From assembly GCA_000165345.1 (NCBI GenBank), contig CM000429.1, forward strand, positions 256,001 to 320,000: DNA of 64,000 nt, read 5' to 3'. The position numbers and the translations under genes were made by a program. Position 1 is the first letter of the stretch. Each line of letters starts with the position of its first letter. This document shows, piece after piece, positions 30,071 through 42,200 of the stretch. Below the pieces are notes generated by a model. It saw only the letters and a program-made list of their open reading frames with translations. It searched no databases and was not told the origin of the DNA.

Positions 30071-32704
30071 TTACTCCATACCACTATCTGAGGATGAGTA
30101 ATATTCCATTTCTTCATCCATATCAAATTCACTAGCATAATCATCCTCAGAACCATTTGAATCCTTAATTCTTTTTGCATCTGGTGAAACATGACCGCCA
30201 AATATATTTATTACAGGATTAACAGGACTGATTGAATTATCTGTACGGGTATCATCTATATTGCAAATAGTATTATCTTTGTTATAGTTTTCTTTGTCAA
30301 CTTCCATTGGCTTTTCCCCATTAGACTCTTTGGTTTGCTCATCTTCCTGGTCTTGAAGTTCGATTCTACAGGCCATTACAAATGAAACTGGTTGAAAATC
30401 AGAAGGTAACTCTAAGGGATGAGGTTTCTCGCCTTCCATATCAACAGCCATCTTGTTTGTTTCATTTGAACATTCATTTAGAGTTAGTGATAAGATTTCA
30501 TCGGGTATTTCAGAAAAAGAGTGATAATGCCCCCATGTATTGAGATCATCTTCTAAACCTGTAGTTTGTGGAACCATATCAAGAGGCTGACCATTGGAAT
30601 CATGGCACCGGTTGCATTGTATCATATCATGAGTATCTGAAATGGTATCTTCTTTTAGAGTAAATAAATCTCGAACAAGATCAGCTGAAATTGAATCTTT
30701 AAGTTCATTATTGCCTCCGGAAGTTACAAGCATAGCACTCAGGCCGTCTTTACAAAGTTGTCTTTGGTATATCTTTTCCTCAATTGTTCCTGTAGAAAAT
30801 AGTCTATAAATGTAGCAGTTCTTTTTCTGGCCATCTCTCCAAACCCTTGCTAATGCTTGTTTGTCATTTGCAGGGTTCCAGTCTGGGTCAAACATGACAA
30901 GCCGATTTGCTCCAATTAAGTTGATCCCACATCCTCCTGCTTTGGAAGAAAGTAAAAATGCAAAGCTATTGGAATTCGGATCGTTGAATGTTTTAACTAA
31001 GTTATGCCTTCTTGTAATACTTGTCGAGCCATCCAATCTTACGCATGGTACTTGGAGATCTCTGCAAAGACACTCGAATACATCCAATGTCTGGGTATAG
31101 TTACTTACTAGTACAACTCTGTCTTTTGTATTACTTCTAATATGAAAAAGTAATCTGGAAAGAAGATATAACTTTCCACTTAAATTTGGTTTAGAGCTGA
31201 ATCCTGTTCTGTTGCTATTCCTTATAGAGCTTCCAATTGTAACTCTTTTCTTATATTCTCCACCAGATTCGCCTGAAACACTTCTCCCATGAATCATTTC
31301 CAAGTACTTTTCAGATCCCTCAAAGCCCTTTCCATATCCTCCCGAAGTCTTTGGTCTAATCAAAGTAGGATGATTACAAAGCTTCATTAGCGATTGGATT
31401 GAAGAAAGAACCTGTCCTGTCAAGCCAGTAGGATTTCCCGTAGAATCAGAGTCTAATAACTTTTTGCATGCCGAAGAACGTAGAAATCTTCTGTAGAGAT
31501 AATTTTGTATTGGAGTCAAGTTACAAAAAATATTTAGAATTATTTTTGGTGGTAACACTTTTGCCAACAATGTATTTGCACGCCTTAATATAAAATGATT
31601 TGTAATATTCGAAAGCTCTTGTAATCTCTGAGTGGCAAGCTCCTGTTGATATTCCGAGGCATCTGGCTCTCTTCCTTCCAATATTGGATTGGCATAAATC
31701 TTTTTAAATTGAGAAACATCCCCTAATACTTGAGGATTAGCCAACGAAACCAATGAGTAAAATTCGACCAAATCATTTTGAATAGGAGTACCACTCAATA
31801 AAAGCCTTTTCTTTGCTGGGAGATTATTGATTGCCATTGCTGTCTTAGTTTTGTCATTTTTTAGCCTGTGAGCTTCATCACATATTACTAAGTCTATCGG
31901 AACTCCATCAAGTTGCTCTACATGCATCCTAAAAGTTTCATATGATGCAATCAAAATTCTTGACATCGTGTCATATTTGAATCCTGCAAACGCGGAAACT
32001 ACCTTTTCTCTGTCTCTTTCTGCAACAGGGGTACACTTACATTTACCTTGGAGCCACTTTTCTATTTCAGAGGCCCAATTTTTGACCAAAGATGCTGGGC
32101 AAACTACCACAGCTTTCCTAACAGATGGCTTGCCATCAAACCCTTGATTTAATAAAGTCCAAAGGATTGTAATTGATTGCAATGTCTTCCCCAATCCCAT
32201 ATCGTCAGCTAAAATACAACCATTTCCATCAAAATCTCTTAAGCCCATTAAACATTCAAAAATAAACGTTACTCCTTGCCTTTGATGTTCTCTCAACCAC
32301 TTGGTTAACATTGAATCAACTTCAATAACTCTTTTTTCCCCATCTTCTGAGGAAATCCAAAGTATTAAAGGGTTTACATTAACCTGAGGTTCAGGCTCCC
32401 CCTTAGGAGAGCTATCATCAGCCTTTGGAGGAAGTTTAAATCCTGGTTGTTTTATGCTGTTGCAGTATGTTGAATCTCTCGGTATTCTCACTCCAAGAGT
32501 CATCTTTCTACTTTCTAAGCTTACTCCCGGAACGTGGCCTGACATAGGGGATCTGAAAGACTGGAACATGACAGGCTTGCCGGATTCTACTGACAACATT
32601 GACATTATCGGGCTTCTAATTAGCGCGATTTCTGTTTGTCTTACTGCATTCTTTCCAGTATCATCCAATCCACCCTCTGACTTGTTGGTATTTATCCTTA
32701 TCAT
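30071..32704 (-). CDS. RAD54: RAD54-like SWI2/SNF2 DNA repair/recombination ATPase (877 aa)
   Basis: It is near-collinear with RAD54: [18 protein letters not shown]...[20 protein letters not shown]...[12 protein letters not shown]...[13 protein letters not shown]...[11 protein letters not shown]...[26 protein letters not shown]...[62 protein letters not shown]. The C-terminal tail is acidic. Confidence 0.9.
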   Translation of the reverse strand: MIRINTNKSEGGLDDTGKNAVRQTEIALIRSPIMSMLSVESGKPVMFQSFRSPMSGHVPGVSLESRKMTLGVRIPRDSTYCNSIKQPGFKLPPKADDSSPKGEPEPQVNVNPLILWISSEDGEKRVIEVDSMLTKWLREHQRQGVTFIFECLMGLRDFDGNGCILADDMGLGKTLQSITILWTLLNQGFDGKPSVRKAVVVCPASLVKNWASEIEKWLQGKCKCTPVAERDREKVVSAFAGFKYDTMSRILIASYETFRMHVEQLDGVPIDLVICDEAHRLKNDKTKTAMAINNLPAKKRLLLSGTPIQNDLVEFYSLVSLANPQVLGDVSQFKKIYANPILEGREPDASEYQQELATQRLQELSNITNHFILRRANTLLAKVLPPKIILNIFCNLTPIQNYLYRRFLRSSACKKLLDSDSTGNPTGLTGQVLSSIQSLMKLCNHPTLIRPKTSGGYGKGFEGSEKYLEMIHGRSVSGESGGEYKKRVTIGSSIRNSNRTGFSSKPNLSGKLYLLSRLLFHIRSNTKDRVVLVSNYTQTLDVFECLCRDLQVPCVRLDGSTSITRRHNLVKTFNDPNSNSFAFLLSSKAGGCGINLIGANRLVMFDPDWNPANDKQALARVWRDGQKKNCYIYRLFSTGTIEEKIYQRQLCKDGLSAMLVTSGGNNELKDSISADLVRDLFTLKEDTISDTHDMIQCNRCHDSNGQPLDMVPQTTGLEDDLNTWGHYHSFSEIPDEILSLTLNECSNETNKMAVDMEGEKPHPLELPSDFQPVSFVMACRIELQDQEDEQTKESNGEKPMEVDKENYNKDNTICNIDDTRTDNSISPVNPVINIFGGHVSPDAKRIKDSNGSEDDYASEFDMDEEMEYYSSSDSGME

Positions 32705-33196
32705 CTTCTACCAATATCCACCATGTGGAATCCGATTAACTAATAATATATTTATTCTGTACTTAAGCCTTTAAGTATTACATGTGCTTTCCCGGTTACA
32801 AAAAGAAATGGGGAGTTAGTGAGGGAATGCACATTCGGAGTTTTAACCTAAAAATATTTCTTTTCAAAAAAAATTTCGGCCTGTGTATCTTCTCTAATTC
32901 TAGCCTTTTCTATGTGGACAAAAACTATTCTAATATGCATGCTGATTTCTACATGCAAAATTTCACACGTAATACTTTTATTGCCAATATTGCATGCAAT
33001 TGCCGGTATAGGAGGGCTTTTACAAAAAAAAGTGAAAAAAAATTAATTAATCAATTAAATTTGAAAAAATATCGCAATAGATTATTCTTAAAATTATATA
33101 GTTGAGCAGTACTAGGAATTGAGTTACCTTTCAATTTTTGTAATGGAATTTTTTTGAATTATTATTCATATGTTATTTATTTATCGCAAGCCAATA

Positions 33197-33205
33197 TTGG
33201 CGCCA
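33197..33205. promoter_or_regulatory. E2F-like TTGGCGCCA in the divergent promoter RAD54(-)/33472(+); second copy TTGGCGCC at 33389-33396
   Basis: AATATTGGCGCCAGATA and GTAGTTGGCGCCTATT. Confidence 0.45.
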
Positions 33206-33471
33206 GATATAGAAATGGTATCTTTTTTATATAGAAAAATATAGAAAGTAAATGATTAATTAGAAAGGAAAAACAGAATCAAAGGACTGATTTTTATCTT
33301 CATATACTGAGCCGCCGTTATCATTTCTGTTTACATTGTTCAAAGAAATTTACTACTTCAAATTATTTCTGAAATGACAAATTTGTAGTTGGCGCCTATT
33401 AGTGGTGATTTTTGACCATGCTATAATAATTAGATATTATGTAAAGAGAACAATTTATAAGTTACTTTGGA

Positions 33472-34395
33472 ATGAAGGGTGAAGTTTCACTTATTGAGAA
33501 GAAACATATAACCGGTGGAAATGATGAATATGTAAGTGCAGTAGAAGTTAAAAAAACTGCTCAACAACAGTCAGAAGCAGCCAAAGATATTATGTCATGC
33601 TCAAATTTGAATATATACTATCCAATTCAAACTACCCAAAGAAAATCAAACGAAATAGATAGTGAAGGTTTCTGCTTTGAGAAGAATCAATATCCATCTT
33701 CCACTCGAGTTTTGAGCGAATTAGATGACTGCACTGAAGAGTCTTTTGAAAGTCTTTCTGGAGTTGGAAAAACATGCAATAAAACTATTTCCAGAAAAGA
33801 ATCCCTTGAGTGTATCGAGTGGTCTGGAGAGGAGAGAGTTTTTTCCCCCGAAACAAAATTTCCTCTATCCAAAATTGAGTTCTACTCGAACTGGAAAAAT
33901 ATCATTAATCACCAAGATGCTCCCAGAACTCCCCAATTTAGGGCAACTTATATACTCCCTACATCACCCCATTTTTCTGACTCTGATGAATTTTATTCAG
34001 ATTCATCAAGCAATAGTTCTGAATCTCTTTTATATATTCAGAAAGAAACTCCTATTATGAGAAAAAATAATAATGCCTTCAAAACTAATTCTAGACGAGT
34101 TAATGGTATTTCCTGGAATCAATATGAAGGTGCCAATGAAGTAAATTACAATTGTATTTCTCCATCCCTTCCAATTCCTAGCAGTATACAAGGAAGGAAT
34201 AGATTAGACATATTACTTTCTCAATGGGTAAGCTATTTCTCTGGTAGACAATCAATTGATATTAATGATATTGATTATGCAACCCAATACTTTACTGGAT
34301 TGGATGGGGCTACTTTGGCTGCAGTTACAAGCTCACTAATTTATATAGGTCACTGTGCTAGATATACCCAAATTAGAAAATATAATCAAGAATAA
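33472..34395 (+). CDS. hypothetical protein (307 aa)
   Basis: ATG-initiated ORF with a convincing upstream region carrying two GGCGCC sites. No domain recognised. Confidence 0.6.
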   Translation: MKGEVSLIEKKHITGGNDEYVSAVEVKKTAQQQSEAAKDIMSCSNLNIYYPIQTTQRKSNEIDSEGFCFEKNQYPSSTRVLSELDDCTEESFESLSGVGKTCNKTISRKESLECIEWSGEERVFSPETKFPLSKIEFYSNWKNIINHQDAPRTPQFRATYILPTSPHFSDSDEFYSDSSSNSSESLLYIQKETPIMRKNNNAFKTNSRRVNGISWNQYEGANEVNYNCISPSLPIPSSIQGRNRLDILLSQWVSYFSGRQSIDINDIDYATQYFTGLDGATLAAVTSSLIYIGHCARYTQIRKYNQE

Positions 34396-34455
34396 TTTAA
34401 ATTTCAATATTCTGTTCCAAATGAATACAAAGCAGATATTATTTAAATATTATTA

Positions 34456-36144
34456 CTATGGATATACCATCATACCGACAGGTATACTCACCTTATTATT
34501 ATAGAAAGATTGTGCATACTTTTGACCAGGCGCCATCTTGACTAATATGTTCTTTTTCTTTTCTGATAGGTGAGTTAACGGTGGTAACACATTATTTATA
34601 ACTGTTTTTGCGTGTCTACTTTTTTTCTCTGGTACTAAAACTGTACGGTTGTATTCTTTAAGTGTTTTGTCTAAATCAACTTTCCTGGAAGCTAACTTCT
34701 GAAGTTCCTGTACTGGTCTTATTGGTTTGTATTGCCAGTTCTCGAACTCTAATTTCACACTTGAAATTAATCTTTCACCTTCAAAGTTACCAAAAAATGC
34801 CTTTGAGCGCTTAATCACCTCATTTGTTAAGAATCTTGCTTCTAATGAATTTCCTACCACAGGTTTTGGTAATTTAATACCTTTTTCAGAATTGGCGCCA
34901 TCTTCTGCATGCGCTTTTCTACTTGAGTCCTTTAAATAGCATGCTAGTCTGGTTTGAACTCTATTTGCCATAATTGATGTAGCAAGAGGCTTTAAAAATG
35001 AATTTAACAATGGTATATGCTGAGCTAAAGAGTTTAATGTGTATTTCCATTCAAATATTTCGTAGTCAAACATTTGACTTTTTGCAGCAATATGTGTGAA
35101 TAACGATGAATCATCAAATACAAAAGCCATATGTAAATAATACTGAGCAAATTCAGGGTTACATCTCCATGCTGGACTTCCTCCCATAGATTCTAGAACA
35201 CTTCCAAAAGAAATAGTAATTCTGGACATTATTTCAACAAGTCTCATTCCCGGTAACTTGTTTCTTCGTATTCTATTGATTAATCTTCTTGCATCTCCTG
35301 GATCTTTTGAGTTTAGCTCTTCATCTGTTTCAGTAATCATTGGATACTCATCAAAAAGAAGTTTCATTAATGCCATATAAAACAATGGACATCTTAATGA
35401 AGTATATATTCTACCATCTGTTTCTTCTAGAAAACGTTTATATGTTACTGGAAAGTGTTTAACAAGATGTCTAATGACCCTTGCTAATTCTCCAAGCCAT
35501 CCACATATAATCTCCAATTGAGAAAGCCATTCTTTGTCTTCTATTCTACGCCTAATCACGTCAATTATACACTTTTCAGTTATTAAGTCCTCAGGAGAAG
35601 TATTAAATGGAAATTGAAATACAGTTGCTTTTGTAATTGGTTCTTTATAACCAATAATATCTAAATATTCCTTTGGAGGAACTAATGGATCATTTTCAGA
35701 AAAATGGTTTTCATCATCGCTCTTTGATTTAGGATCTTTGAAACTAGATTTATTGAAACCTTTGTAATCTAAAGGAAGTAATGTAAAACCTTTCTTTTCA
35801 GTGCTAATAACTTTAAAACTTAGATTCAATGATCCTTGTCTTTTCCCCTCCTGGTATGAATATATGTCATGATCTAACTCATGTAAGCTCTCTAATATAG
35901 TTCCTGAACATAATATTGATTGAAAAAGTCCTTCCATAAGGCTTAAAGCAAATGATAATATACTTCTTTGGCAATGATCAGTTTCGCCAAATTTTCCAAA
36001 ACTTCCCAGTGATGAATGAAACTCTCTAAATTCGCATTTAGCTAACATTCGATGAGGATCAGGTAAATACTCCACTCTGCTCTCATTCCTGCTTTTTGGG
36101 TGCGAAGAGCTCTCACTTGATTTATTTTTCCTACTTTTACTCAT
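34456..36144 (-). CDS. hypothetical protein (562 aa)
   Basis: Long ATG-initiated ORF (MSKSRKNKSSESSSHPKSR...). No family recognised. Confidence 0.7.
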   Translation of the reverse strand: MSKSRKNKSSESSSHPKSRNESRVEYLPDPHRMLAKCEFREFHSSLGSFGKFGETDHCQRSILSFALSLMEGLFQSILCSGTILESLHELDHDIYSYQEGKRQGSLNLSFKVISTEKKGFTLLPLDYKGFNKSSFKDPKSKSDDENHFSENDPLVPPKEYLDIIGYKEPITKATVFQFPFNTSPEDLITEKCIIDVIRRRIEDKEWLSQLEIICGWLGELARVIRHLVKHFPVTYKRFLEETDGRIYTSLRCPLFYMALMKLLFDEYPMITETDEELNSKDPGDARRLINRIRRNKLPGMRLVEIMSRITISFGSVLESMGGSPAWRCNPEFAQYYLHMAFVFDDSSLFTHIAAKSQMFDYEIFEWKYTLNSLAQHIPLLNSFLKPLATSIMANRVQTRLACYLKDSSRKAHAEDGANSEKGIKLPKPVVGNSLEARFLTNEVIKRSKAFFGNFEGERLISSVKLEFENWQYKPIRPVQELQKLASRKVDLDKTLKEYNRTVLVPEKKSRHAKTVINNVLPPLTHLSEKKKNILVKMAPGQKYAQSFYNNKVSIPVGMMVYP

Positions 36145-36816
36145 TTCTGATCACCCAAGTTTCGTTACTTGTTAAGATCATGACACACTTTATCAAACTT
36201 ATCAAAAACGCTCCTATTTTTATTTTCTTTCTCTTCTCTTTTTTTTTCTCCTTTTCCAAATTCCATAAAAAAATACATGCAATTTAGACATCAAATAAAT
36301 GCATTAGGCGGGCTCGTCGATACCAGGGTGAGTGTGTGTGTGAATAGCAAATAAATAAAAAAATTTGACGAGTAAATTTTGAGGTAAAATGATTATTTAT
36401 TAAAACAAGGCTTTGGTGGAAAAGGAAAAAAAATTATTATCCAGAATTATAGATGAAGACCTGCTTTGTATTCTCAATATTTTAAATTTACATCTTTGGG
36501 TATTATGGTAAATATTCAAAAGTGATTTTAATTTTATTTTAGCTGATTTCGAATATTTATTACTCGAATTATTATTAAATTATAATTACTCGAACTGAGA
36601 ATATTACAGTTTTCAAGTTTGTATTTTCAATTTTTGGGTCGAGATCTAATCTTAAATATAGCTGGAATTGAAGTAATTAAATACGTATATAACAATTTGA
36701 ACGTAATATCATTACTTAATCGAGATTTAGTCAAAATTTATATCAAGGAATTGGCTATATTTTCAAGGGATATCTTTAGCTGAAAAGGCTTTATCTTACT
36801 ATTAAAAAAAATCCTT

Positions 36817-39093
36817 ATGGTTCTTGATTGGTCCTTATGTTCATCTTCAAGGAGTGGTAATGACTCCAAGAAAATTCGCTCAAAAGTTAATAACTTATCA
36901 AATAACAAAGAATTCAGTAATTCTTTAAACAAAAGAGAGACTTCCAGCCGCTTTAACAGTTCTTCTAGTCTTACACAATCAACACGAACAGAAAGCAAGC
37001 AAAAGCCTTCTCTTTTAAAGAAAAGTACCTCTAATAATGAGGCTTCAAGAAATTTATCAGATGTTAACTTAAAGCAGAATTCTAGAGAAAAGCCTGGAGA
37101 TATTAGTTCTTTATCAAATAAAAGTAAAAGTCCAGAACCTGAAGAAAAGTATTGTGCTTCTTGTAAGAAAAAGATTTTGAACAAGGAAATTGATGAAAAC
37201 TCCGTAGAGTATCACAGAAATATCTTTTCATTGCGTCAAAATGTGACATTGGATGACTTCCACACCATTTCTGTAATTGGCCAAGGAGGCTATTCAATAG
37301 TAAGACTGGTATTTGATATTCATACTGGGAATGTTTATGCATTAAAACAGGCAAAGAAATGTCAAATAATGAATAATCAAAGCCAACACGATAACCTTGA
37401 GAATTTGGTAAAGATAGATATTAATTCTTCTAAGAAACAAGTTGAAGAAAAACAAACTTTGAACACTGGAATAATGCTGAATACTGAGATTTCATTAATG
37501 TATAATTCAGATAGCCCATGGATTAATAAACTTTATTATTATTGGGAAGACAACCATTTCTATTATATGTTGATGGAATATATGCCAGGAGGAGATTTAA
37601 TGCGGCATTTGATTGATCTTCATACTTTTGATGAAGAAACAGCAAAATTTTATATTGCTGAATTGCTTCTGGCCTTAGATTATTTAAATAATATTCAAGG
37701 TCATATTCATAGAGATATAAAACCAGATAATATACTGTTAGACGTAGATGGCCATATAAAATTAATAGACTTTGGACTATCAAAGCAAATAATCCAAAGC
37801 AAACAAAGACCTTTTGTTTCGAATGCTTCAGTAAATTCATCTTTTCAAAAGAATGTAACTGCTAGAATTGATCCACATGAAGTACTTATTCATGATCAAA
37901 ACTTTCATGCTGGCACCCCAGATTATATGGCTCCTGAAATTCATAGAGGAGAACCTTACTCCCTTTGTGTAGATTTATGGAGTGTAGGGATAATATTATT
38001 TGAAATGCTTTTTGGTGGCCCTCCGTTATCAGATCCAGGTCAGAACTCACTTATAACAAGAAACAAGGTGATGAATTGGGATAAGCATTTTTACTTACCT
38101 TCAGAGCATCATAAATATTCTCCAGAAGCCATGGATTTGATTTGTTCTTTGGTTTGTGAACCTTCACAAAGAATTAAGAGTGCGAAAGAAGCTTTGAAGC
38201 ATCCATTTTTTAAAGGAATGGACTTTACCAAAATCCGCCACCAAAAACCTCCAATTGTACCAAAAGTCAAGCATAAATTAGACCATTCAAACTTTGACAA
38301 GTTCCCTGATGATTTGTTAGTTTCTTTTTATAACTCTGCAAAAGCTTCTACTTCTGTTCCAATATCTAATCTCTCTGAAGAACTTAATTTCAATTCATGT
38401 AATACCAATAAAATTCAAGGAGAATCTTTCGTTAGTGAGTTCTTTCCAAGCTCGATGGTTCCTGGAACATCACACAAGCTTGGTAATTCTCAAAGCGTCA
38501 TTGAACATTGTTCTATCCCAACTGTTGGTAATTCAAAAATACCAATTTGTACCCCAAAACGCTCGTATCTTCCTCTTATTACACACATATCTTCTCCTTT
38601 ATCCAACCCTTCAACGGCGTCGTCATGGAAACAAATTAATAACTCTCCAATTTTCCAAACTCCAAGGAAACCTTCACCAGCCTCTAATAATATTTCAAGT
38701 CAAAGTATTTCTCTTAATTCACGCATACTACCTCAAAGCCATTCGTTTTCACAAATAATTGGAAAAACCAACTCTAACTTCTCCAACCCAATTGGTACAT
38801 CTTCATGCATACCTCAACCCTTCAGCAATTTAACTCCAATAGATAAAATTTCATCAAATTTACCAAAATCAACGATTCAAACCTCAAACTCCAATATATT
38901 AAACCGTAATTCTGGAACGCCAAATAATCATAAATTCCTTACATTCAAAGAAAGAAAATCTTCTGAGAATGTTTATAGTAGGCAATCACAAAAACCAAAT
39001 ACTCATTTATTTCCACAAAGATCTACCAGCACATCTATCACCAGAAATAATCAAGAAATAGTAAATATTCTTAGAAAAAAAAATATTATTTAA
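36817..39093 (+). CDS. AGC-family Ser/Thr protein kinase, NDR/LATS-like, with Ser-rich N- and C-terminal low-complexity regions (758 aa)
   Basis: Kinase motifs are present: VIGQGGYSIVRL...YALKQAKK (Gly-loop/VAIK), HRDIKPDNILLD, DFGLSK, a long basic insert before GTPDYMAPE (typical of NDR/LATS), DLWSVGIILFEML, and the AGC C-terminal HPFFKGMDFTKIRHQKPPIVPKV. Confidence 0.8.
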   Translation: MVLDWSLCSSSRSGNDSKKIRSKVNNLSNNKEFSNSLNKRETSSRFNSSSSLTQSTRTESKQKPSLLKKSTSNNEASRNLSDVNLKQNSREKPGDISSLSNKSKSPEPEEKYCASCKKKILNKEIDENSVEYHRNIFSLRQNVTLDDFHTISVIGQGGYSIVRLVFDIHTGNVYALKQAKKCQIMNNQSQHDNLENLVKIDINSSKKQVEEKQTLNTGIMLNTEISLMYNSDSPWINKLYYYWEDNHFYYMLMEYMPGGDLMRHLIDLHTFDEETAKFYIAELLLALDYLNNIQGHIHRDIKPDNILLDVDGHIKLIDFGLSKQIIQSKQRPFVSNASVNSSFQKNVTARIDPHEVLIHDQNFHAGTPDYMAPEIHRGEPYSLCVDLWSVGIILFEMLFGGPPLSDPGQNSLITRNKVMNWDKHFYLPSEHHKYSPEAMDLICSLVCEPSQRIKSAKEALKHPFFKGMDFTKIRHQKPPIVPKVKHKLDHSNFDKFPDDLLVSFYNSAKASTSVPISNLSEELNFNSCNTNKIQGESFVSEFFPSSMVPGTSHKLGNSQSVIEHCSIPTVGNSKIPICTPKRSYLPLITHISSPLSNPSTASSWKQINNSPIFQTPRKPSPASNNISSQSISLNSRILPQSHSFSQIIGKTNSNFSNPIGTSSCIPQPFSNLTPIDKISSNLPKSTIQTSNSNILNRNSGTPNNHKFLTFKERKSSENVYSRQSQKPNTHLFPQRSTSTSITRNNQEIVNILRKKNII

Positions 39094-39297
39094 TACAAAT
39101 TTTCTGATTGTCCACATTAAAAAATTGTTGCATGTAAAAACAATCTAATTGCATGCACCACGTAATGACTTTATATATAATGCCGGTATACGGTTTCATG
39201 CGGGTTTTTTTTTAAATTTCATTCTATTCTAACTTCCTATAGTATATTCAAAAAATAAAGAATAAGTTATATTAAATTTGACTAATCTATCTCTAAT

Positions 39298-42200
39298 TTA
39301 ACACAAGGCAAAGAATGACTCCAATTTTTGTCCCTGGTCTACACCGATACAATTTTGTGAGGGATAAATACTCTTCAAGTAGTGATGTAGCCTGCTTGCA
39401 ATCCCATCTATATCTTTAACTCCTAAATCAGTTTTGAATATTTGTGATAGACTCAAAATCTGCTGAGGATTCAACATCTGTAAAATCGTCTCCTTTAAAG
39501 TACTAAAACTCCTCCTTATTCTGCCAAAGTAGAAATTCCCTACTATCTTCTCTATTGTACTTCTCCTTACTGCTTTACTTGCTCTAAGAAGAGAGTTATT
39601 ATGATAATATGTTCCCCAATCAGACTTTTCAGTATCTATTCCTGAAAATGATTTTCTTAGTACATCAAGCTCTGGATCATATTTAAAGTGATTAAAAGCT
39701 GTTAATAACAAATTATGTAATGAATTCAATACTACTGATAGCTTGTAAGTGTCTTGCTTTATATTTGAAAGATATTTCTTGATCCTTTTTCTTAAGGCTT
39801 TGTGTGTTGTATGCTTCATCCTATAGAACCTCTGATATCCACCTTTTCTTACCTTTGGAAGTAAATTTATAGCAAACTCATTCAATGAAATAATTATCAG
39901 CATTTGTCTAACTGCCTTCTTTAGAGAATGTGACAACATTTCGTATCCTGTTATTCTGATATCTACATGTTGAATTTGAAATATCAAGTCAGAAAATAGC
40001 TTTAGCATCTCAAACTGTCTTGAACCTCTAATCTTACATTGACATAGTGCAAAACTTGAGAAATCCCGTCCTATCAATACAAAATTGGTCTTACCTGATT
40101 TAAAGAAAGGAAGACTTTCTTTTTCAATTTGTTTATTTTCATCCATTTTTGCCATTCCTTCTTTTGACTCCTTAATCATTGATAATTCTTCCTCCAATTC
40201 GTTCTTATGTTTCTCCAAATCTGCCTTTATTAATGAATTTAGCTCTTTTAAGTTCTCTATTGTTATTGGAAAGTCTTCTTTCAACATTTGAGCTGGAAAT
40301 TTATAATGTTCATTCACCATCTTGGCTGTATGTTTTGTATATCTTTTTTTCATATATCTACTAATTACTTTTGAATTTAGAAAAACAAAATCTCCATTTG
40401 TTAAGATTTTTAGTTCATTTGTCTCCAATTTTGCTGCTGCTGTCTGGATATTTCTTAACTCTGGCCTAAGCTCCACATTCACATTATCTAATGTCGATGT
40501 ATATGTATAAAATGCCTTTCTTAATAATCGTCTTGCTCCTTTAAGCTTTCTTCTTTTCTTACTAAAGTGATACCAATGCATTAAAGAAGAAAAACAGTTA
40601 TTTCCCACTTCCGAAACAAAATGACCATACTTGCTACCTTTCAAGTCCCTTCCTAATTCTCTGAATTCGTGTAATAGCTGAGATTGAGATACCTTTTGTA
40701 AGTTTTGGTTCATTTGAGTTATTGCTTTTTGGTTTGCAATCTTATTAAATGCTGATCCAAATAATGTTGAATGATCCTTAATCTTTTCACAAATATTTGT
40801 AGTTTCTCTAATATAATAGTTCATTGTATCAAAGTAGTTAATTAAACATGATCTATCTGTATCTACAAATACCTGCTCGAGATTCATCTTATTATCTGTT
40901 GAATCTTTATTTTTATATATTTGAGCGTTTCCAGGGATTATGCTTGGTAGAGATGAATTAACTACAAGAGGAATTAATAATCTATTTATTGTTATAAACC
41001 TCCTATTGTTATAATTCGCATCATCAAGTTCTGAGTTGAGCCTTGAACATATTTTTGAAGCTAAATTAGTTCTTCTAACACTTAAAATGGTACTAAGATT
41101 CTTAACTTGATTCCCAATAGAACCAAAAGACCTTTCAATACTTGCCAATTTACTATTTAATACCAAATTCTTTGTTGTTGGACATGTATTAATAAGCCAA
41201 GCATTAAACTTTGTATCTAACTTATTATTCAAAAAAAATTGACCAATTAAATCTAAAAGTGTAGTTGAAATATCCTGATCCATTTCATATTCAGATAGTC
41301 CCTGACTAGAAAGTACTTTCTTGTCACTTTCAACCATGCAAAGTTGAGAATTAGTATCAGCAGCTTTACGGGAATATTCATATAATTTGGAAGTCTGCAT
41401 ACCAAGTATTACATTCTTTCTATCAACAAAGATCAAGTTAACAGCTTTTAAATTCTCAGAAATTTCTTTAGTCTTTTTAGGATCTTCATCTGGTAAGTTC
41501 AAGAACTCATTATAGTCTGTACAGAATTGTTTCAAAGAATCAGTATAAAGCTTTATTTCAGTCAAAATGATAAGCTTCTCGTAGCTTTTTGATTCAAAAT
41601 AATGATCAATTTCCTCCCTAATTTTGTTAACACCAAGAATAATATCATCACAAACACCTTTCAAAGGAGAAATTTTATTTCTAAACCATCGACTAGCATC
41701 TTCATTTTCTCCAATTCCCCAGTTTTTATTCATTAAATCAAGAAAGGTTCTCAATGGACCCAAAATAGCCATAAATGATATTCCAGAATTAAAATCCATA
41801 TAATGCTCTAATAAATTACCAATATTAAATATGTGGAATATGAAAGCTTCTGGATTTAATGTATTATACATTTTAATTTGATTTTCTTTATCTATATTAT
41901 AAAGCTGCTTGTTCTTAATAGTATTCAAAACATCAGTAATCTGACCAATTCTGGCTGTCATATTAATATCATAATCTGAATTTTTATGCTTTTGAATTTC
42001 ATAGAGTATTTGGTCATTGATAAAGGTAGTAAAATCCTCAATAGCCGATTCACAGTTAATTCCATGATTAGTCTGGATTAGACAATAAATAACCTGCGAT
42101 AATTGTTCATCAAATGGCTCCATTTCATTAAAAAGCTCATCACCATCAAAATTCTCACCATTTATAACTCTATATATTGGGCTTAAGAGGAATAATATAA

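Noticed and set aside
36300-36350. (GT)5 / GTGAGTGTGTGTGTG run at about 36336-36348 and (AC)5 at about 6782-6791 as functional elements.
   Set aside because: They are too short to distinguish from chance dinucleotide runs, so I note them only as minor microsatellites.
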